23,306 nucleotides of DNA from the NCBI GenBank assembly GCA_964220215.1, contig CAXPTH010000013.1, positions 1-23,306 on the forward strand, written 5' to 3'. Shown piece after piece: positions 19,277 through 23,306 of the stretch (its first letter is position 1; each line of letters opens with the position of its first letter). Source of the stretch: Alteromonas sp. (GTDB lineage Bacteria; Margulisbacteria; Marinamargulisbacteria; UBA6595). A model generated the notes under the pieces. The model was not told the DNA's origin. It saw nothing but the letters and a program-made list of their open reading frames with translations, and did not search any database. The translations under genes were made by a program, and so were the position numbers.

Positions 19277-20626
19277 ATGCTTGAACTACACATTGAAAAA
19301 CTAGTATTCCAAGGCTGGGGCTTGGGCTATTGCGATGGGCAAGCCATTTTTGTACCGAACACGTTGCCGGGCGATACCGTGACTTTAAGCCAGACATATC
19401 GGCGCAAACGCACCACGTTTGGCAAAGTCGCGCATCTCCAAACGGCATCGCCCTTGCGCAATGAGTCGCCCTGCCGCCATTACCCCACCTGTGGGGGCTG
19501 TCAGTTCATTCATGTAGACTATGCAGATCAGCTGGTCTTAAAACAAGCCATGTTAACGGACTTAATCCATCAATTGGATCCCCATTTTCCGTATGAGCCA
19601 GAAGCCATTATCCCTGTGCAAAATACGCAATTTTTTCGCAATAAGATGGATTTTTCTTTTGCCACCCATGCGGATGGCACGGTGTATGTGGGGCTGAAAG
19701 AACGGGGGTATTTTGACCGGGTGCATCCGGTCCCGGACTGCCAATTGGCCTCGCCGCATATGGCGACGCTACTGAATCGTGTGGCTGAGTGGGCGACCCG
19801 CCATCGGCTATCGACGTGGGATTACCACACCCATACGGGCATTTTGCGCCACTTGGTGATCCGAGAATCCAAAACACAAGGCGGGTTTTTACTCATGGTT
19901 AGCGTGTCCAAGCCCATCCCGGAATTGCTCGCCGACCTGGCCAATGACTTGCATGTGGGTGACCCCAGCCAAACGCCCCATATTCGGGGGTTGGTACAAA
20001 GCGTCCATGCCGAAGCGGCCGACCATTCCATGGCCATGGATACCACACAGATTGCGGGCTCACCCGTGATTACCGAAACGATTTTAAATACGACCTTTAC
20101 AATCGCCGTCAATGCGTTTTTTCAAACCAATACCCATCAAGCAGCGGTACTGTTTCAAACACTCTTGGATGTGGCTGAGTTTAAACCCACGGATCGGGTG
20201 TTGGATTTATACTGCGGTACGGGAACGATTGGGTTGTTGGTTGCGCCATATGTTGGGCATGTGATTGGAATAGAAAGCATTCCTGAAGCGATTGAAAATG
20301 CCAAGCAAAACGCGGCTACCAACGGCATTACCAATTGTGAGTTTTATGCGGGACGGGTGAAAAACTTATTAAAATTTAACCACTATAGCCCCAATGTAGC
20401 GATTGTGGATCCCCCGCGTTCGGGTCTTGTTCCCAAAGCCTTGAATCGACTGATTGAGCAAGACCCACATACAATTCTGTATATCTCCTGCAACCCCAGT
20501 ACTCTGTTGCGAGATTTGGGTGTTATTCGCGCAGCTGGCTACCGCGTGGTCCGCTTCATCCCTGTGGATATGTTCCCCCACTCGTTTCATCTGGAATGCG
20601 TGGTTAAATTGTGTGTAACTGTCTAG
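19277..20626 (+). CDS. rlmD: 23S rRNA (uracil-C5)-methyltransferase
   Basis: TRAM N-domain, CxxxxxCGGC Fe-S motif, FFQTN, LDLYCGTGTIG, VDPPRSG, YISCNP, DMFPHSFHLE. Confidence 0.97.
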   Translation: MLELHIEKLVFQGWGLGYCDGQAIFVPNTLPGDTVTLSQTYRRKRTTFGKVAHLQTASPLRNESPCRHYPTCGGCQFIHVDYADQLVLKQAMLTDLIHQLDPHFPYEPEAIIPVQNTQFFRNKMDFSFATHADGTVYVGLKERGYFDRVHPVPDCQLASPHMATLLNRVAEWATRHRLSTWDYHTHTGILRHLVIRESKTQGGFLLMVSVSKPIPELLADLANDLHVGDPSQTPHIRGLVQSVHAEAADHSMAMDTTQIAGSPVITETILNTTFTIAVNAFFQTNTHQAAVLFQTLLDVAEFKPTDRVLDLYCGTGTIGLLVAPYVGHVIGIESIPEAIENAKQNAATNGITNCEFYAGRVKNLLKFNHYSPNVAIVDPPRSGLVPKALNRLIEQDPHTILYISCNPSTLLRDLGVIRAAGYRVVRFIPVDMFPHSFHLECVVKLCVTV

Positions 20627-20696
20627 CACCCCCTAAAGACGAGGATACTATTTAAAGCGTGTTGAATGACGGATAAAATATCGGGAATTACTTAAT

Positions 20697-20898
20697 GGGA
20701 CTGTCGCAAAACAGACAACTTCAGATCTTGGCAATGGTTATGAGGACGTTTATGAAAAATTGATTCAAAACGGTATTTTACATAAGATTGATGATAATAA
20801 TGGTAGGATAGCTATCTCAGAAGACATATTGGATGATGAATTAAGCTTTCTTAAAGAGGATCAAAAGCATAAGATTTTACCTATTTTGCAACAGTCTC
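20697..20898. mobile_element. MITE-like element with terminal inverted repeats and an open internal frame
   Basis: Left GGGACTGTCGCAAAA (20697-20711) and right TTTTGCAACAGTCTC (20884-20898) match at 13/15 as inverted repeats. No transposase. A plus frame is open from 20670 to the stop at 20934-20936. Confidence 0.6.
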
Positions 20899-20953
20899 CA
20901 TTGTCGTTTTTTCACTCAAATCTCTCCTTTTTTTGACTCACTTTACCACACTA

Positions 20954-20994
20954 TCCACAGGCTCCCAGGATCTGTGGTTGAGCCTGACTGTGGA
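20954..20994. repeat. GC-rich imperfect palindrome (REP-like hairpin)
   Basis: CAGGCTC (20958-20964) pairs with GAGCCTG (20980-20986); TCCACAG (20954-20960) pairs with CTGTGGA (20988-20994). Confidence 0.45.
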
Positions 20995-21219
20995 ATGGGG
21001 GAAAAGCTGGGGTCAATATACCCATTATTAAAATAGCCTGGAGGTGCTATTAAAAAACGTACTGAGCGCTACCAATTTTGATATTTTATTTGTTTAAACA
21101 ATAATTAATAATTGTTTTGTTGCATTTTTTTTTGCTTTAATAACGATAATATTATAACAAAGACACTAAAATATGTTTTTTATATAAAATAAGTGTTTAT
21201 GACAGGGAGGGAATTAACT

Positions 21220-22878
21220 ATGCCAAATAATATCTCAGCAGTAAGTCCGGCTAATGAGACACCTCGATCAAGTTTCCCAAAAACAAAGCCTCGTAAATAT
21301 GCTTGGGGAGAACCAGTTGAAAAAGTTAATGATCTTGAATCTGCAAGGACTAAACCTATAGGCGCTGAATCATCTCAACAACCAGATCGTTGGGCATACA
21401 AAGTTGAGCATAACCTAGAATCTGTTAGTGAACCACGTAAGTGTCGTCAATATACGCATACTGTCTTAAAAATAATTAGTAGCTTAATAGTACTCGCTGA
21501 AGTATCTGCTCATGTTCTACTGGCTGAGAAAGAATCCGCTTATGCAGCGGGTCATCATTCTTTTTTATATACCTCAGAAAATTCAGAAGAATTGAAAGTC
21601 CGTGACTATTTTGATTTACACCTAGGTATTCATAATGCGTATGAACAAGGGGGGGATAGAGTTTTTGTACAACACACAAATATGTTCTATAATGCATTTA
21701 CCGGATCAAGGGGAAAAGCACTGGGAGCACAGTACACACCATTGGAAGAACTACAAAAGAATTTTCCTAATAGTGTGCTTGAGCTGGATATCGATATTTC
21801 TGATTTTAGTGATTTAAAAGCGGTCAATGTTGGGCACGGTGCGGCTGGAACAGCTAATCGATTGTTTAGCAAAGAATTGACTGGACGCCCCCCTGAATAT
21901 GATCATTTTAATTTAGATCAATTTTTTGATAGTCTTAGTGACGAAGTTACATTCGTTCGATTTGATGTATATGGTAAAAACGAGTCCGATAAGACTGCTT
22001 TTTGGAATGCTATTTCAGCTAAACTGGACATCATTAACAGTAAGCGAACTTCTTTGAGGGAATTAAAAGTAATCGCAAGAGGGGGGAATGGCAGATACGT
22101 TATCCCTCCAAGTGATATTAGTGAAGTTGGGCTGGGAAGCTCTTACCATAGAGTATGTACGTATTCAAAATATAATAAAGGAACAGTTTTGCTACATGCC
22201 CCAGGTGATGTTGAAGATATTATGTATATGGTGAACAGATGCTTGATGAGTCTGTTAGATCCAGATAATAAACGAAAAGTAATTTTAAATATTGATGATG
22301 TAAGCAAAGAAAAAGTGGAGAAATTACATATTGAGTTTAATAAGTTATTTACAAAAAAGCTATCACAATCAGAAATTAACAATTTATCAATGAAGGATTC
22401 AATTGATACCTATGGGATTCCAAAACTATATTTATATTTAGTCGGGGGAAATCCTGAGGCTCAGGGCTCATGGACCGATGCCATCACAAACGATTTAGCC
22501 AATCAACTGAATGAAGCGGGTGAATCCACACTATCGTTGATATTGCGAAATCAAAAGGGTTCTAAACTCTACGGTCATCCATTAACCAGTGATGAGATGG
22601 AGTCTTTGATTGACCAAACAGATGTTTCAATTTTGATTAGTCAAGAAAATGGCTTTCGTGACACGTGCCTACATGCCTTATTTTACTATTATGACAATCT
22701 AGACAAAGCCGTCTTTGAGAAAGTAGCAACCAAATTAATAAATAAACTGACTCCAGAGCAATTATCCTTGATAAACACTGATGGATACACACCTTTACAG
22801 GCTCTTTCTAATTATGCTAAAGATCTAGACACCACCGTCTTTAGTAATGTAGAAAAGATATTAAAAGGTAAGAGATGA
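21220..22878 (+). CDS. Orphan protein with one hydrophobic segment and C-terminal degenerate ankyrin-like repeats
   Basis: Start ATG 21220 behind AGGGAGG. P/S-rich N-terminus, hydrophobic VLKIISSLIVLAEVSAHVLLA, and repeats NEAGESTLSLI, NGFRDTCLHAL, NTDGYTPLQAL. AT-rich. Confidence 0.7.
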   Translation: MPNNISAVSPANETPRSSFPKTKPRKYAWGEPVEKVNDLESARTKPIGAESSQQPDRWAYKVEHNLESVSEPRKCRQYTHTVLKIISSLIVLAEVSAHVLLAEKESAYAAGHHSFLYTSENSEELKVRDYFDLHLGIHNAYEQGGDRVFVQHTNMFYNAFTGSRGKALGAQYTPLEELQKNFPNSVLELDIDISDFSDLKAVNVGHGAAGTANRLFSKELTGRPPEYDHFNLDQFFDSLSDEVTFVRFDVYGKNESDKTAFWNAISAKLDIINSKRTSLRELKVIARGGNGRYVIPPSDISEVGLGSSYHRVCTYSKYNKGTVLLHAPGDVEDIMYMVNRCLMSLLDPDNKRKVILNIDDVSKEKVEKLHIEFNKLFTKKLSQSEINNLSMKDSIDTYGIPKLYLYLVGGNPEAQGSWTDAITNDLANQLNEAGESTLSLILRNQKGSKLYGHPLTSDEMESLIDQTDVSILISQENGFRDTCLHALFYYYDNLDKAVFEKVATKLINKLTPEQLSLINTDGYTPLQALSNYAKDLDTTVFSNVEKILKGKR

Positions 22879-22879
22879 A

Positions 22880-23306
22880 GGGAGTGTAATATATTTTGTG
22901 TAAACTAAAAGCGTAGTCGTAGAATCTGTGAGATCTGTGGGAACCTGAAGTGTTTCCATCAAATCCACAGATGGAAGCAAAAAGGAGACACAAAAATGAG
23001 TCAATTAACCCCCGAACAAATAGCATCAATAATGGATGCGTATAAGATTACCTCAACAGAGGATATTCATCATGCTGTTAAAGATATTATGAAGGGCGTT
23101 CTTCAACAAACATTAGAGGCAGAATTGGATGTTAGCCTGGGCTATGGAAAGTATGATCGGTCCCAAAAAGACACGGACAATAGTCGAAACGGGAGTTACA
23201 AGAAGCAAGTGAAGTCCTCGTTTGGTCCAATTGATTTAGCAATACCACGTGATCGTCAAGGCGAGCATGAGCCGATCATTGTTAAAAAGGGGCAGAGCGA
23301 TGTGTC
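22880..23306 (+). mobile_element. IS256-family insertion sequence, left end (partial)
   Basis: GGGAGTGTAATATATTTTGTGTAAA at 22880 resembles IS256-family terminal repeats and is followed by a transposase ORF. Confidence 0.85.
22996..23306 (+). CDS. IS256-family (Mutator-type) transposase, N-terminal part
   Basis: RBS AAGGAG (22982-22987). Reads MSQLTPEQ...LEAELDVSLGYGKY...NSRNGSYKKQVKSSFGPIDLAIPRDRQGEHEPIIVKK. Runs off the window and is absent from the ORF track. Confidence 0.95.
   Translation, partial: MSQLTPEQIASIMDAYKITSTEDIHHAVKDIMKGVLQQTLEAELDVSLGYGKYDRSQKDTDNSRNGSYKKQVKSSFGPIDLAIPRDRQGEHEPIIVKKGQSDV

Noticed and set aside
9199..20629. Short alternative-frame and antisense ORFs within the rpsF-rlmD run
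   Set aside because: Essentially all nested in confidently identified genes, with no independent coding signal.
20942..20997. DnaA-box-like words (CTATCCACA, TGTGGAATG) suggesting oriC
   Set aside because: No perfect TTATCCACA, few boxes and no dnaA/dnaN context; better explained as a hairpin.
21032..21057. AATAGC-N8-GCTATT possible terminator
   Set aside because: Weak stem with no U-tract on the plus strand and no adjacent gene end.
21476..23029. Small ORFs overlapping the orphan gene and the IS left end
   Set aside because: Shadow ORFs of the long ORF and of the transposase region.
1..23306. CRISPR arrays, tRNA/rRNA genes, defence or prophage genes
   Set aside because: No regularly spaced repeats, cloverleaf motifs or recognisable defence/phage proteins seen by eye.

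Overview
Bacterial chromosomal window, probably from a diderm (tentatively Margulisbacteria-like; this is an impression, not shown). The core is compact housekeeping DNA: pbp1A-trxB-uvrB and aroE on the minus strand, and a near-gapless plus-strand run rpsF-ssb-ssb-rpsR-rplI-uvrC-M23 peptidase-clpB-CNNM/hemolysin-(six-hairpin glycosidase-like)-rlmD. Three visibly AT-rich accessory patches interrupt it. (i) 1-879: a doubly frameshifted outer-membrane beta-barrel-like gene, the start of a possible paralogue, a consensus sigma70 promoter and a perfect CRP-type box. (ii) about 6000-6980: a decayed armadillo-repeat gene, followed by a stand-alone, motif-degenerate glycogen-synthase N-domain gene. 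(iii) 20630-end: a ~200 bp inverted-repeat-bounded MITE-like element that reads as an uninterrupted 67-codon peptide (GTVAK...ILQQS), a GC-rich hairpin, an ankyrin-like orphan protein and the left end of an IS256-family element. The most interesting items are the peptide-coding MITE and the tandem SSB pair, in which the acidic tail and the canonical OB fold sit on different paralogues. All calls come from reading motifs by eye; no database searches were run.
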